DNA of 64,000 bases from Octopus vulgaris (GCA_951406725.2 OX597816.1:146382001-146446000); one strand, 5' to 3'; shown: positions 1-16,246, numbered from the stretch's first letter. Numbers and translations are program-made. The notes: generated by a model not told the origin, from the letters alone.

Positions 1-163
1 GCCTACTACGTATTCAGGAACTAAACGAACTTCTGTTTACTTATAGTGACTATGTTATTCTGTTCACGTGGGAGGGCTGTGCCATTATTACTAATTACCT
101 ATAGTACAAAGTTATAGCGGTGATTTACACATTTCAGACTTTCTATATTTATATGTTCACTAG

Positions 164-380
164 GGCGGCGACCTGGCAGAAACGTTAGCACAACGGACGA
201 AATGTTTTGCGATATTTCGTCTGTCTTTACGTTCTGAGTTCAAATTCTGTCGAGGTGGACTTTACCTTTCATCCTTTCGGGGTCGATAAATTTATTACCA
301 GTTGCATATTGGAGTCGATCTAATCGATTGTCTCCCTCGCCAAAAATTTCGAATCTTGTACCTAGAGTAGAAAAGAATAT
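164..380 (+). mobile_element. SINE family A copy (GGCGGCGA.CTGGCAGAA head)
   Basis: A-box-like head GGCGGCGACCTGGCAGAAACG and B-box-like GAGTTCAAATTC. The same body recurs near 18531, 27395 and 39590. Confidence 0.8.
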
Positions 381-2047
381 TTATATATTCTCTGTGTACT
401 CGTCGAATTAAAGAACAATACTTTAGAACCATTTCTTTAAATGTGCACTTAGTCCTTTTTTTTCTTTTTCTAGTTGCATCGAGGAGTCTCGTGTTGCATC
501 TCATTCGCAACTCAATCACAAATACATATATGTTACAAATATACAAGCATGTGTGTGTATGTATGTGCGTTTTCATGCATGCATGTATATGTGACGTTAA
601 TTCTACGTTGCTTATTTCCACAGAGGAATGCAAATAACAAATCTAAACTTACGAATCTTTGCTTGTTTTGAGACCCAGATGTGAAGACCTTATGGACTAT
701 GTGCGAAGTGATTCGCTCTATTTCGATTATATCAATATTTTGAAATTCTGTAATCTGCCTTAAAATCTAGTGTTGCTTAAACAGACATAGACAATCCAAT
801 CTACATACACTTGCTTAAACCTGTACAAAATTCAATTTCTTTTTTTATAACAGACATATCAAAATATATTTCTAAATTATTTTAAAATGCGTTTGCAGGT
901 GATTAGTTAAATAATATTTACATGAATGGATATTGCAAATGCACAGGAAAAAACTTCGGTCAATACTGTAGTGCATTATCGGAAAACCAGAATTTTATTA
1001 GATTTTCCCTGATAACCAGGATTGATAACCAGGATTTTATTAGATATTTAATGATATATGGTCGCTCTAGCAATCCCTGTCTCAATATTACATAATATAG
1101 TGCTGCACATGTTTTATAAATGCATTTCAAATATACTTTCTACTTAGTCTCTTAAAACAATACGGCAGAGTTAATGTATTGCCATTGGCACTGTTTTTAT
1201 TGAAGGAAAGACAATTATGACTGTAGATATACCATTGACCAGAAATCAGCTCATCCGGATTGACTTGAGGTTAAATAACATCAACCTTATAGTAAATAAT
1301 TTCATCACAATTCCTATTTACTCATTATGTTGTCGCAGAAATAGCAAATGAGTATAAATAGGAAAAAAATCATATTTATATAATGCAATATATGTAATGA
1401 AAATCATTTTTGTGTTCAATATTGAAGCAATTGACATAATTAACGCTTACTTTTTCAAGAACACTATATAATTTACATTTTCCGTCAACACTTTATAGGT
1501 TTATATCATACCTTGCGTTCTTCAAAGTTGGGTTACCCTTGAATCATGTTATTTATCTATCCTTGTTAAGCTGAATAGTTTCTCTGGAGTTAACAGTAAT
1601 CGAGCGTACGTATGTTCTGTGGTGCTCTACTCAAATATTCGTCATTTATAATGAGTGAGTGATATTAAATTTTGTAAGATATCTATGTATTTTATTGAAA
1701 AAAGTGTAAAGTTAAATGAAGTTTATGTAACAAATGTTACTATAAATGCAACGGACAACACTGGATGCATAATCGTTAGGTCACACAAAGGTTGTTCATA
1801 TTTAATATAAGTAGAGCTGCCCTCTCTTACATATCATAGGTGGCTATGAAAAGGAGGATGCTTAAATTTGATAAATTTTCTACAGAACACGACAAAGTAG
1901 TTTTAAAGGCAATATATGTTTTGAATAGGAGAGAATACGGCTGTAAGAGCACTTATTCAACGAACAGGTAGCTGGCGCTTAGCGTCTGGTATATGTCGTT
2001 TGATTCTCTCTCCCACTGTTTCTCTATACACATGCACATACATGCAG

Positions 2048-2104
<57 letters not shown>

Positions 2105-2169
2105 TATATGGATATGTATTCTATATATGTATTTACTTATGCATAAATATATATGCATATATATATATA

Positions 2170-2365
2170 CTTTAATTAAAAGCAGCAGAAATTCAACAAA
2201 ACCTGTTACTCGGAGTTTCACGTTCCCGTTCGTCGGACAGTTTTGTTAAAATTTAACCGATATGACAATTCTATCAAGACTAGTATAAACGTTACACCTT
2301 TAAAAATGGACTTGTTTGATTGGTCCTTTCAAATAACGGTCATATGCGAGCGATAAAAAAAAACA
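2170..2365 (-). mobile_element. Short non-coding HHR-bearing cassette between TA-rich microsatellites
   Basis: About 190 bp of unique sequence carrying the HHR, with (TA)n-type repeats on both sides and no ORF. Confidence 0.5.
2196..2246 (-). ncRNA. Type I hammerhead ribozyme motif, U4C variant
   Basis: Minus strand reads ACAAAA-CTGT CCGACGA ACG-GGAA-CGT GAAAC TCCGA GTA ACAG-G-TTTTGT. Stems I, II and III all pair and the triplet is GUA; the core differs from CUGANGA at position 4. Confidence 0.7.
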
Positions 2366-2450
2366 TATATATATATATATGTATATGTATATGTCTATAT
2401 ATCTTTATCTATATCTATATCTATCTATATATATACATACATATTTATAA

Positions 2451-2640
<190 letters not shown>

Positions 2641-3128
2641 TTAGTTGCGTACTTACACCACACACACATGTGCTCATTCGCATGAGCGTAAGTGTGTGAG
2701 TCCTAGTGTGTGTTACAATATGTTTATGCGTGTCTGTGTACGTGTGCTCATATCTATATATAAACGTAATATGTACCGGCGGATATGCCTGTTTTAAAAC
2801 ATATGCGCTGATCTGTTTATATATGCATGTGATAGTTGCATATATAAGTACTGTTCTATATATGTATATATGTTTCTGTGTTTTACAGCAAATTTCCGTG
2901 CAAAGTTTCTATTCAAACGCTAATATGTAGGAACCTATGAGCATAATATTAGCCTGCGTGTGAAATATTATTAATTTAGGACAGACTTTTATGTCCCTGA
3001 AAATATATACAAATTAGCTTTTAATACACTTAAGTTAATTGTCAGTTTTATTTTGACACGCCACGTAAGTTCAGTTCATGTTTTCAAAAATCTGGTTTTG
3101 GACATGTCTTGTATAGATTTTTGTTCTG

Positions 3129-3186
<58 letters not shown>

Positions 3187-4011
3187 TTTATTATCATTAT
3201 TATTATTAATATTATTTCTTCTGAAATATTTCAACATAAATACATCTCAAAGCTTGGTGTTATAAGTTAATTGAACCATTTAGTTGTCTCTGAAACCATT
3301 CGCTATAAAGACACGAGAATAATCTACCTTATTAATGTGACAATATTTTAGATTCTATTGCAAGAGAAAAATTAGACACTATCATGCAAAACACATCATG
3401 TAAATTGCAATCTTTTGTGTTAATTGTTTAAAATGTTATTATTTGATTTTAGTTGATGGTGTTCCAACTTATTATTTTATAATAATTTATAATTTTGATA
3501 TATTATTTTAGAATTTTGATGATTTATATAATTTCAGAGATGACATGTTAATGCTTTATTTATTGCGTTTGTTGTTATCCTTGTAGTCGACATATTTCTT
3601 GTGTTCATTGTTGTTGAATTTGTTAAAGAATTTTTTTTTTCTTGAGCTAATTTGGTTTGCTTGTTACTTTTTCATGTTCCAAGAGGTTTCATCGTCTGTT
3701 AATGCCGATAATATCTCCTTCTCTCCCTCCACACATTGTTCGAGTTGTATATGTTAAATTTACTCTCACCCGTTTTCCCATGATTCAGCAATTATAGTAT
3801 AGTTATATCAATGCAACATGAAGGCGATGTGCTTTGGTGTTTCCTAAGGCAGTTCGTGTTATGTATGAAATATCACGAAATATAATGCCATACTTGAGAA
3901 GACATGATTTGATATATTGGTATTGGAACTTCGTTGAAAATAACTTTATTACTCATACGTTTACACATGCATGTAGATATAACACACTCAAAAATTGAGA
4001 ATCACGTAGGA

Positions 4012-4082
<71 letters not shown>

Positions 4083-4478
4083 TTAGAAAATGGAGATGTA
4101 CCATTAATGATTATATGTATATAATATCTATAAATGCTTATGTGTGTGTGTATATAGATGGATGGATTCATGAACAGAAGAGATATTATTCGCACCGTAT
4201 TGGGAAATTGGGTGACTGAATTATATTTAACTATTAGAAATTCTATCTGCAAAGAAAACGTCATGATTTTCAATGTGGTTTAAATATATTCCGTTTATAC
4301 TTTTGATGTGCGTGTAAAAATACTGGAAATCTCCTGACTCATCACCCAGCTGTGTGTGTTGCCCACCACTCTGAGCATATGTATCCGATTTCCTTCCTGA
4401 AAATTAAGTTATGCTGTTACTTTAATTTATGATTGTCTTACATATTATTCAAGCAGTTTATGCTCTTGATTACAGAGA

Positions 4479-4535
<57 letters not shown>

Positions 4536-4540
4536 TATAT

Positions 4541-6028
4541 AAATAAATGAAATAAAAGAATTAGACCAAAGCCAAACTTACAAATACTTAGGAATCCATG
4601 AACTAGATAAGACACAACACACACAAATGAAAGAGAAAATAAAAAAAGAATATTATAGACGAGTTAGATCAATACTAAAACAGAGCTCAATGCTAAAAAC
4701 AAGATAATAGGTATTAACACTTTAGCTGTCCCAGTTATAAGTTACAGCTACAATATCCTTAACTGGACACTAAATGAACTGACCAAAATAGATAGGAAAA
4801 CAAGAAAAATAATGACAGGATCTAGGATGCATCACCCAAACTCTGACATGGAAAGACTATATATACAACGTATAGAAGTCGGTAGAGGCCTTATACAACT
4901 GGAAAACTACTATAAAATAACTACCATAGGATTGCAAAAATATCTACTTCAGAAGGAAGGAAAACTGATAAAAATAGCGGCAAAAGACGAGCAAAACAAA
5001 AAACTGTTCTCAGTATTTAAGGTAGCTGACAAATACAAACAAGAAATAATACCACCTAATAAATATGAAGAAGAAGAAGATGAAGGAGATGAAGAAACAA
5101 CAAAAGCTATAAAACAAATGAAATCCAAACTAAAAATAGAACAGCAACGAACCATGATAAAACAATGGAAAGAAAAGCCCCTTCATGGTAAATACTGGAC
5201 TAAACTAAACGCAAAAGAAATAGACAAAGAAAAATCCCAGCAATGGTTGAGAAGCTCAGGACTCAAAGCAGAAATAGAGGGATTTTTAATTGCAGCACAA
5301 GACCAAAGCCTCCCCACCAGAAATTACCAAAAACATGTAATGAAAAGAAATATAACAAGTAACTGCAGAATATGTGGAGATGGACAAGAAACAATAAATC
5401 ATATTATCTCTAGCAGCCCAGTCCTGGCTAAGAAGGAATATATTCACAGACATGACAGTGTTGGAACCTACATACATTGGAAGCTATGCCAACATTATGG
5501 AATAACAACAGAAAAAGATGGTATAGGCACACACCAGAAAAGGTCACAGCAAACGAGAAAGCAACCATACTCTGGGATATGCCGATACACACAGATAGAG
5601 AAATTGAGGCCAACAGACCAGATATAGTTGTCAGAGATCATGAAGAAAAAAATGCTTTCTAATTGATGTATCAATACCGGAAGATGACAACGTGTCTCTA
5701 AAAGAAATGGAGAAACTCTCAAAATACAAAGACCTGGAAATAGAGGTAACCAGAATGTGGAATCTAAAAACAGAAACAATTCCTATCATAGTAGGTGCAT
5801 TAGGCATGATAAAAAATATTCAGACAAATACATAACAAAAACACCAGGACTTACAAACACAAATAACATAGAGAAAATTGCACTACTAGGCACTGCACAC
5901 ATCCTACGCAGAACACTTTCCATACAATAACCATCAGAGCATCACAACAAATCACAGCACATACCCAACGCACACATAGCTGCGCTTTGTATTGAAGTGA
6001 AAGCACGCTATAAAAATAAAACTACTGA
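4541..6028 (+). mobile_element. 5'-truncated R4/Dong-type non-LTR retrotransposon (RT C-terminus, zinc knuckle, RLE endonuclease, 3'UTR), frameshifted
   Basis: ORF 4812-5627 contains RLYIQR..GRGL, AAQDQ.L.TR and CRICG..ETINHI. A shifted frame gives ILWD..RPDIVV..LIDVSIP..KYKDL. It is flanked by (TAA)n and ends AAAATAAAACTACTG(AAT)n. Confidence 0.9.
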
Positions 6029-6055
6029 ATAATAATAATATTAATAATAATAATA

Positions 6056-6148
<93 letters not shown>

Positions 6149-7044
6149 CAAGCTGATGTTGACCAGAAGCAAACCCATCAGTGGCTACGGAGCTCAGGGC
6201 TAAAAGCAGAGAGCGAAGGTTTCATCCTGGCTGCTCAAGACCAAAGCCTATTAACCCGGAACTACCAGGCCAATGTGATGAAAAATGGAGCAGACCCAAA
6301 ATGCCGATTCTGCAACGACATGATTGAAACAGTGGACCACCTAATCTCTGGATGTAAAGTCTTAGCACCAGTGGAGTATAAATTAAGACATGACAGAGTT
6401 GGCCAATATCTCCACTGGCTAATAAGTCGGCATTACAATATCAAAACTGCCGACAAGTGGTATAATCACCACCCTGAGGCTGTAACTGAAGGAGAAAATG
6501 TAACCATTCTGTGGGACTTTCCAGTACATACAGACCGAACCATCAAGGCCAATAAACCAGATATTGTTGTGAAAGACCAAAACAATAAAGTTTGCTTATT
6601 GATCGACATGAGCATCCCCTGTGATCATAATATCTCAGCGAAAGAGTTTGACAAGCTCAGAAAATATAATGACCTACTCATTGAAATTGAGAAAATGTGG
6701 CATCTCAGGGCGGTTACAATACCAGTGATCGTAGGAGCACTAGGAATGATCAAGAAGGGAACCGAAAATTATATGAGAATGATTCCCTGGCTTACCATCC
6801 CTGCAAGAAGTGCAAAAGATTGTCTTAACTGGTACATCACACGTATTGAGAAGAGCATTGTCGATGTGAGAGCTGTTGCTGCTCATGTATTTTAATTTAA
6901 CTTTAAAAAAAAAAAAAAAAAGAACGAACGAACTACTGAGTTTGGTTTAATGGCCTACCAATATACACTATGAGTTTCTTTGCCCTAGGAGTCGGGAAGA
7001 CACTCGGCAAGAAATGGAAGCAAATTTGAAAGAAGAAAAAAAAA

Positions 7045-7045
<1 letters not shown>
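6149..7045 (+). mobile_element. Second R4/Dong-type family, 5'-truncated
   Basis: ORF 6275-6895 has a CRFC..ETVDHLISGC CCHC knuckle and KPDIVV..LIDMSIP..K..KY.DL RLE motifs. The 3'UTR differs from the first family, and the copy is inside (TAA)n. Confidence 0.9.
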
Positions 7046-7078
<33 letters not shown>

Positions 7079-7111
7079 TTGTAATAATAACAACAACAAC
7101 AACAATAATAC

Positions 7112-8160
7112 ACATGAAATTTGGCTTAGGAAAATATGCCAAAGCAAACTTGAAAAGAGGAAAACTAGTTAAGAATAGCAACATTACACTTGGTAAAGCA
7201 GATGAAATAAGCGAATTATACTAAGGAATTAGACCAGGGCCAGACATAGAAATTCTTAGGAATCAATGAACTAGATATAATACAACATATACAAATTCAA
7301 GAGAAGATAAAACAGGAATACTATACACGAGTTACATTAATACTGAAAACAGAGCTCAATGCGAAAAACAAGATAATAGGTATCAAAATTCTAGCCTTCC
7401 CAGTTATAAGTTACAGTTACAATGGGGGTAAACTAAACAGAAAAGATATACACAATGCGTGAGTAGCTCAGGACTCAAAACAGAGACTAAATGATTTTAA
7501 ATTGCAGCACAGGATCAAAGCTTTCCCACCAGAAATCACCAAAAACATGTAATTTAAAGGAATGAAAGTAACGTCAGAATATGTGAGGATGGATAAGAAA
7601 CAATAAATCATATAGTCTCTGGCTGCTCTGTCCTGGCTCAGAAGAGATATATTCACAGACAAAACAGAGTTGGGACCTATATACGCTAAAAGCTATGCCA
7701 ACACTATGGAATAACAACAGAAAAATCTTAGTATAGTCACACGGAATAAAATAAGAAAGCACGGAAAATGAGAAAGCAAGTAAACTCTGGGATATACCAA
7801 TATACACATATAGAGAAATTAAGACCAATATGCCGGATATAGTTGTCAGAGATCACCAAGAAAAAATAGCATTCTAATCGATATATCATTCTCAACAGAT
7901 GACAATGTTTCTCTAAAAGAAACGGAGTAACTTTCAAAATACAAAGATCTGGAAATAAAGGTAAATCGAATGTGGAGCCTAAAAACAGTAATTGGTGTCA
8001 TACTAGGCATATTACTTATGAGAAAAAAGAACATTCAGACAAATACATAGCAAATCTACAAGACTTACAATTATATGCTACATACCGAAAATAACACTAC
8101 TAGGTACCGTACACATTCTACATATAACACTCTCAATACGGTGAAAATAAGGGCACCACA
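7112..8160 (+). mobile_element. Older, degenerate, internally deleted R4/Dong-type copy
   Basis: Nucleotide similarity to 4541-5930 (e.g. acagagctcaatgc.aaaaacaagataatagg, gatatagttgtcagagatca) with many stops. Confidence 0.8.
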
Positions 8161-8179
8161 ACAAATCGGCGTAGCAGTG

Positions 8180-8530
8180 CCAAGATATCAACATATCATC
8201 ATGAAAGAAAAGAAAAAGTTGATATATATGGAAATCTGAGAATTGAGATCACTACGTTTTGGCAGCTACGAGAGTCGAACATAAAGATTAACCCTATTGC
8301 CATCGGAGCGTTGTGTTCAGTACCAACCAATCTGTAAAAACATCTCAAAACCTTAGAGATACACTACAATCTAGATGTATTGCAGACGTCGGCATTACTT
8401 GCAACTGCACGTATACTGCGTAAAGTACTGTCTATCTAAGGTCCTCATTGTGACTTGACAAACAGTACAAACCCCCAGTAGACACAATATCCTCAATCAA
8501 CAACCTCACAATATTGTATACTCTACATCT
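8180..8530 (+). mobile_element. 3' end of a third RLE retrotransposon family
   Basis: Translates to EKEKV..YGNLRIEI..PIAIGAL..LLATARILRKVL, the typical R4-like C-terminus, followed by (TAG)n/(TAA)n. Confidence 0.65.
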
Positions 8531-8531
8531 A

Positions 8532-8566
<35 letters not shown>

Positions 8567-8705
8567 ATATTAATAATAATGATAATAATGATAATAGTGG
8601 TAAAAATAATAATAATAATAACAATAATAATAATAATAATAATAATGATACTAATAATAAAAATAATGATAATAATAATAATAATAATAATTAATAGTAG
8701 TAATA

Positions 8706-8751
<46 letters not shown>

Positions 8752-8805
8752 TAATGGTAATGGTATTGGTAATGGTAATAATAATAATACTAATAATAAT
8801 AATAA

Positions 8806-9256
8806 AGGATATTCCGATACACACAGATAGAGAAATTAAGGCTAACATACCAGATATAGTTGTCAGAGATAATGAAGGAAAAAAAATGCTTTCTAATTGA
8901 TGTATCAATACCGGCAGATGACAATGTGTCTCTAAAAGAAATGGAGAAACTTTCAAAATACAAAGACCTGGAAATAGAGGTAACCAGAATGTGGAATCAA
9001 AAACAGGAACAATTCCTATCATAGTAGGTGCATTAGGCATGATAAAAAAATATTCAGACAAATACATAACAAAAACACCAGGACTTACAAACACATATAA
9101 GATACAGAAAATTGCACTACTAGGCACTGCACACATCCTACGCAGAACACTTTCCATGCAATAACCATCAGAGCATCACAACAAATCACAGCACATACCT
9201 AAGGCACACAGAGCTGCGCTCGGTAGTGAAGTGAAAGCACGCTAAAAATAAAACTA

Positions 9257-9260
<4 letters not shown>
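8806..9260 (+). mobile_element. Short 5'-truncated copy of the first Dong-type family
   Basis: Near-identical to 5574-6028, including the 3'UTR; (TAA)n on both sides. Confidence 0.9.
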
Positions 9261-9351
<91 letters not shown>

Positions 9352-9357
9352 TAATAT

Positions 9358-10148
<791 letters not shown>

Positions 10149-10149
<1 letters not shown>

Positions 10150-10636
10150 GGTCACAGAAAACGAGAAAGCAACCATACTCTGGGATATGCCGATACACAC
10201 AGATAGAGAAATTAAGGCCAACAAACCAGATATAGTTGTCAGAGATCATGAAGAAAAAAATGCTTTCTAATTGATGTATCAATACTGGCAGATGACAACG
10301 TGTCTCTAAAAGAAATAGAGAAACTTTTAAAATACAAAGACCTGGAAATAGAGGTAACCAGAATGTGGAATCAAAAAACAGATACAATTCCTATCATAGT
10401 AGGTGCATTAGGCATGATAAAAAAATATTCAGACAAATACATAACAAAAACACCAGGACTTACAAACACATATAAGATACAGATATTGCACTACTAGGCA
10501 CTGCACACATCCTACGCAGAACACTTTCCATACAATAACCATCAGAGCTTCACAACAAATCACAGCACATACCCAAGGCACACATAGCTGCGCTCGGTAA
10601 TGAAGTGAAAGCACGCTATAAAGATAAAACTACTGA
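10149..10636 (+). mobile_element. Short 5'-truncated copy of the first Dong-type family
   Basis: KVTENEKATILWD..KPDIVV plus the same 3'UTR ending AAAACTACTG(AAT)n. Confidence 0.9.
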
Positions 10637-10661
10637 ATAATAATAATAATAGTAATAATGT

Positions 10662-10706
<45 letters not shown>

Positions 10707-11308
10707 CAACAACAATAGTAAGTGGAGAAGAACGTAAAGTGCAGATGGAATTCTCTCTGATGGCTTGAGGTATAGTTAGATAAAGACGACTAACCATTTC
10801 TCAAGAAGCAAATAGTTTTATTCGGTAGTCAATTGTCGAAAAAGAGTTCTGAAAATGACAGAAACCGATTGTCAGTGATATTATCAACATGAGCGAACCT
10901 TAATGAGTTCCATTTTCGGAAGCAGTTTTAGTAAAGGAAAAAACTGAATTGTCGTCCTGAATGCTGAGGATGTTACCTCTGCTGGTGATACATTTAATTT
11001 CACCTCAGTTTCTCTCCAGCAAATCTGGATTTCTGCGTTCTTGTTACATGTTCCAGTGACAAATCATAAGTGCACTGAATCATATTGAATACTTCTTTCC
11101 CTTACCAACAACAACTTCTGTAAAAACGTATATTTAGTGTATTAGGTTTCAAATTTTGCAATTTTGTATATTCTCATGTTAAATAATCATGTAAAATATA
11201 AAAATATTTTAAAATAAGCGTGTGTGTGTGTCTGTGTATGTACATATATAATATATATATATATATATATAGATATATATATGTTGTTATTCATCATCAT
11301 CATTATTA

Positions 11309-11397
<89 letters not shown>

Positions 11398-11398
11398 C

Positions 11399-11434
<36 letters not shown>

Positions 11435-12998
11435 ATTTGTTAGTTCGTCAAACAGTATACTTATAAAAGATGGTTGTCCGCTGGTGGCGAAAAAAATATC
11501 GATAAATGCTATAAAAGGAACTAGCACTTGACAAAAAGAATTCGGAATTAAGTTATGAGAAAATACTTGTGAAATATGATACGTAATGAGATAAAAGCAA
11601 TATACGATAAGTTGCAATGCTGCGAATTAATATAAAATTGGGAAAAATAAAATTAAAGAAGAACTAAAATTTAAGATGTATGTCAAAACTGTCATCGGCA
11701 ACTACAAAGATGTATTTAAATGTGAATGCGGATGAAATGCTTCAGAATATGGAAACTTTAGACAAAGTCTACTAAAGGTAGTAAGATATGGATATAAGAT
11801 AAAGATGGAGGAGATGATTAATGATCTATCAATTTAAGATTGCTGGAACAAGTGGAAAATTTAGAAGTATTGTGAAAATAGCTTGCAAGAAGACTGAGAT
11901 TATGCAAGTTTGGTTTGGTATATATCTTATTAGTGGGATTCCTCTTGGAATATGTATTTAAAGATCTTGTGGCGGAAATTTAGTATAAAATATCTTATGT
12001 ATTTCTGTCAGAACCAAATACATATTTTTCGTTCTCTAGTATTGAATATTGCAGTAGCCATAAATTTCCAGTCTCAAATCAGTAGGTGTCCCTATCCCTT
12101 AAAATCAAGACAATCAGCGAGGAATGAAGACTTACGTCGTAGTTCATACTTAAAAGTATTGTGTCGTTGGTCGTAACAATGTTGGAAGATTTTGGACAAT
12201 AATAAATGTAGTGCTTTTAATTGCCAATCTGAAATTTACGATGGTCGATTGCTAGCGTAGTAAGGTATTTGTGAGGCTAACGCTAATATGAGCGTTAGAA
12301 TCTGTGCTAGATATATTAAATGGTTTCTGATATTTACCTTTCTAAATTTCACCCCTCCCTCTGTTAATACAAGAAATCTTTATACAGCTTATATTCAAAA
12401 ATATAACTTTGCTACATCAAGCAAACATTTTCAATACGCTACTCAAATATTATATAACCAACATTTTTTCATGTTCTATCTTTCATGATCTGTCAATCTG
12501 TCACAAAGCTGCAAAGAAAAAGAAAATCTCAGAATAATGACTATAAAATTTCGGCGTCCATGATATATATATGTGTGTGTGTGTGTGTGTGGATGGGAGT
12601 GCGCGCGTGTCTATATCCCTGTTTGCATCAGCGTGTCTACGTTCATATTTACAGGAAAGAAAAATAAGAATAAATATGTGAGAACAAGAGAGAAAGAAAA
12701 GACGGATCGGGATACAATTGATAAGACGAACGTTGAAGGAACGATAGCAAACACAAAAAAAGAATACAAGCTAATAATAGTATTATCACATCTCATACGT
12801 TTCACATTATTTATTGCATAACTTATTGTTCAGATTTAAAGAGATGCAAGAGAAATCATTTCTTTGGAGACTAAAGAAAGAAGAATTGTAAGAGTGTTAA
12901 CGGAAAATATTTATCTTTACAGCTAGATTCTCACACGTTTTTGGTCTATAAACAAAATGAAACAGCAATGCAAACATATATATACATGCAAGGAAAAC

Positions 12999-13031
<33 letters not shown>

Positions 13032-15304
13032 TACATATATATATACATATATGTATATATATATATATATACATATATACAGACATATAAACACATATAA
13101 ACTTAAATGTATGCTCTCATAAACTTTACTATGTTTTATGGCATCCCTGATAGAGTCACGATCAGCCACAAGGAGAAATTCCAAATGGAATATCGTTTTA
13201 GTGTAATACGAAAAACTGATATACACTCATATGTATGTATGAATGTATGTATGTATGTATCTAGCTAGCTAGCTAGCTAGCTAGGTATGTGAAAATTTCT
13301 TCATTGCTAGGACTTATATATTGTTGCGTATAATGTTTTAATATAAAATTACCAATCCAGGAAAGAATTCTAGCCGAACTCTCAGTTGCTCGGATGAGAT
13401 ACCCTGATCTATATATTCACGCCCTTTCCTTTTTTACTTTAATAACTATGCAAATGAAAATTCTAAATTTTATTGATGATGGTCTCTGTGAAGAATGTCT
13501 GTGGTGTCGAGAAGGCTAACATGTGTGCATAGCAACTAGCATATAGCCCAGGCTACCACATAATAGTTCTAATACAACGTCATTATTGAGGAACAGATTC
13601 CTTATGCACCCAACAGCACACAGACATACACATACCCATCATACATAAGCATAACTATATGAATAGTCTTCTCCTTCGACAGAGTTACTATCTATCTGCA
13701 AGTAAGTGCAGGTATAAGAATCTCAGGAAGATTACAAAGTTGTTAGAGGTTTCCCCATGCATGATTGTAGATCTGAACTTTTACGTCTGCCCTGGAAAGA
13801 AGAAAATCCTGATCTTGGCTAAATTACATTTTGGAGTCCAGAGATTTGATACACGAACCACAAGTATTTTTAAGGATTAAATAAAGAACATCAGTCTTAA
13901 ATATATACATATAAGCATGTAACGAGCTGAGTAAAAAGTAAGCAACCTTTTGAATCAGGAAGAATTTGTACCGCATTTTTGCGGAGCTCTGAGGTTTTAA
14001 AGCGTTTTCTTAATTGTCTCATAATACAGACATATACTTGCCCAAATACATCCATTTACTCTAATATCTGTCACAAAGAATGCAGTGTAAAATATATATC
14101 ACACACAAGCTCCCCAGTCTCTGCCAGTGAACAAATTCTGAAGAAACATACCTCTTTCTGTAAGCTCACATTAAAATGTTACCCAGGGAATAACAGGAAA
14201 GGAAATCTGCATAGAAACAGTATGATTACATCTGCGGCGGAAATTCTCACTTTGCTACATCATTTGTCAAATTATTTTTCTCCTTAATAAATATTTTCCC
14301 AGCCAGCATAGTTACAGGAAAAGTTTCAAAATGAATAATGTCCAACTATTTTAGTCGACTGCGTTACAATTTAGTCGACTATGGTACATTGGACAAAATA
14401 TAGCGTTATATAACATAACTAAATTAAATGAATATACACGATACCAGTGAAGCAAATTTAAGAATTAACCATGTAATGCGTACAACCAAAATCATTTAAA
14501 TAAACAATAAAATCATCCGTCACAAAATATTAACAGCATGTAATAGTCAAAACAACAATCAGATGATGAGAGAAAGTGGTTCCAATAATAAAAATATAAT
14601 ATGATGTGAAACATTAATAGCTGCTTTAGTAACGATAACTCACATAGGATCGGCAACAATAGGAATGACAATGAAACTAATGATTCTACCAGTAGAACCA
14701 ACTTTAGCAACATTGATAATTAACCATAGTTAATAATAGGAATAGCAGATATACTAACATGGCCGAAGACACAGAGAGAGCAGATTGATCCAGAAGTGGT
14801 GCAGCCGCACAAATTCCCGTCGGTCAACCTGAAATAACTTGAATGAAATATAAGCCATACAAAAATTGTCCCTTGAAACAACAGTAAACCAACACAGATC
14901 TCGTATCCAATACTTCAAGATCCAGAACATTTGGCATCGATATTCCTTCTATAACCAAGGATAGAGAATGCTGTTAAGCTATCAAGATGTCTTTAGAGAT
15001 TTAAAGAAAGCAACATAAAGTTCAACTACCAATAGAACACCCGAGTAGGACCCGAGAAGATTTATATATTGTTGACAGAAGACACTGTGACACGAGCACG
15101 GAAGAAGCTAACTCATTTCTGAGAGATAAAGTACCAGTTTTCTGAGAGAAAAAGTACTTCAGTTTGAACTAATTTCATGATGTTTCACATTTAGATGCTT
15201 TTACTAACTTCATTCAGTAGTTAAACACAAATAAATCTTGGATTTAAGTAGCTTTGATTTACTGTCAGGTAATTTTGTCCAACCAAGTATAAACTCATTT
15301 TCTC

Positions 15305-15515
15305 GTGTATTTGTTTCAGTCATGTGATTCCAACCACATTGGAGCAAATCGACCCCAGGACTTATCCTTAGTAAGCCTAGTACTTATTCTATTGGTCTCT
15401 TTTGCCAAACCACTAGGTTACGGGGACGTAAACACAGCAGCGTCGGTTGTTGGGTGTGCAAACACAGACACAAAAACATATACACATACACACACACACA
15501 CGCACACACACACAC

Positions 15516-15560
<45 letters not shown>

Positions 15561-15722
15561 AATATATATACGACGGGCTTCGTTCAGTTTCACTGTACAA
15601 AGTCCACTCACAAGTCTTTGGTCGGCCCGAGGCCATAGTAGAAGACACTTGCCACAAGTGCCACGCAGTGTGATTGAACCCGAAATCATGTGGATAGTAA
15701 GTAAGTTACTTATAACATAGTC
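15305..15722 (-). mobile_element. SINE family B copy
   Basis: Reverse complement of the 34407-34820 element, with an internal (CA)/(TA) microsatellite. Confidence 0.85.
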
Positions 15723-16034
15723 TCTCCGACACCTTCACGCCATATATAGCTGGATTGCTGGATTACTAAATAGAGAAACGTCACGGATACATGTACATTG
15801 AATGTATCGGTATATAGTATCAACCTTCGAATGTGAGCTACCTAGTAATAAATATAAAAGGATTTTTGCATGCATAGACACAGAATAACTTTGCAGAGTA
15901 TTGAACATTTTAGTATTTTATTTGGAGAAAGCAGAGTTCTCGGTAAAAATATCTTAATACAGTGAAATATAAGTGAGTACTCACATTAAAATCGCGTATC
16001 ATACACTAATAATCAAATTAATTTTTTTTTAATG

Positions 16035-16246
16035 TTTTACTTGTTTCAGTCATTTGACTGCGGCCAAACTGGAGTACAGCCTTACAGGGATTTAGTCGAA
16101 GAAATCGACCCCAAGACTTATTCTTCTTAAATCTAGTATTTATTCTTTTTACCTTTATGCGGATCCGCTACGTTGCAGAGACATAAACACACCAACGTTG
16201 TCAATAGATGGCGGGGAGACAAATACAGACACACACATAAATATAT

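Noticed and set aside
5640-5662. Shared frameshift at the A-run (EEKNAF*) in two Dong copies, as possible programmed frameshifting
   Set aside because: Homopolymer slippage or sequencing error explains it more simply, and the second family reads through this region in frame.
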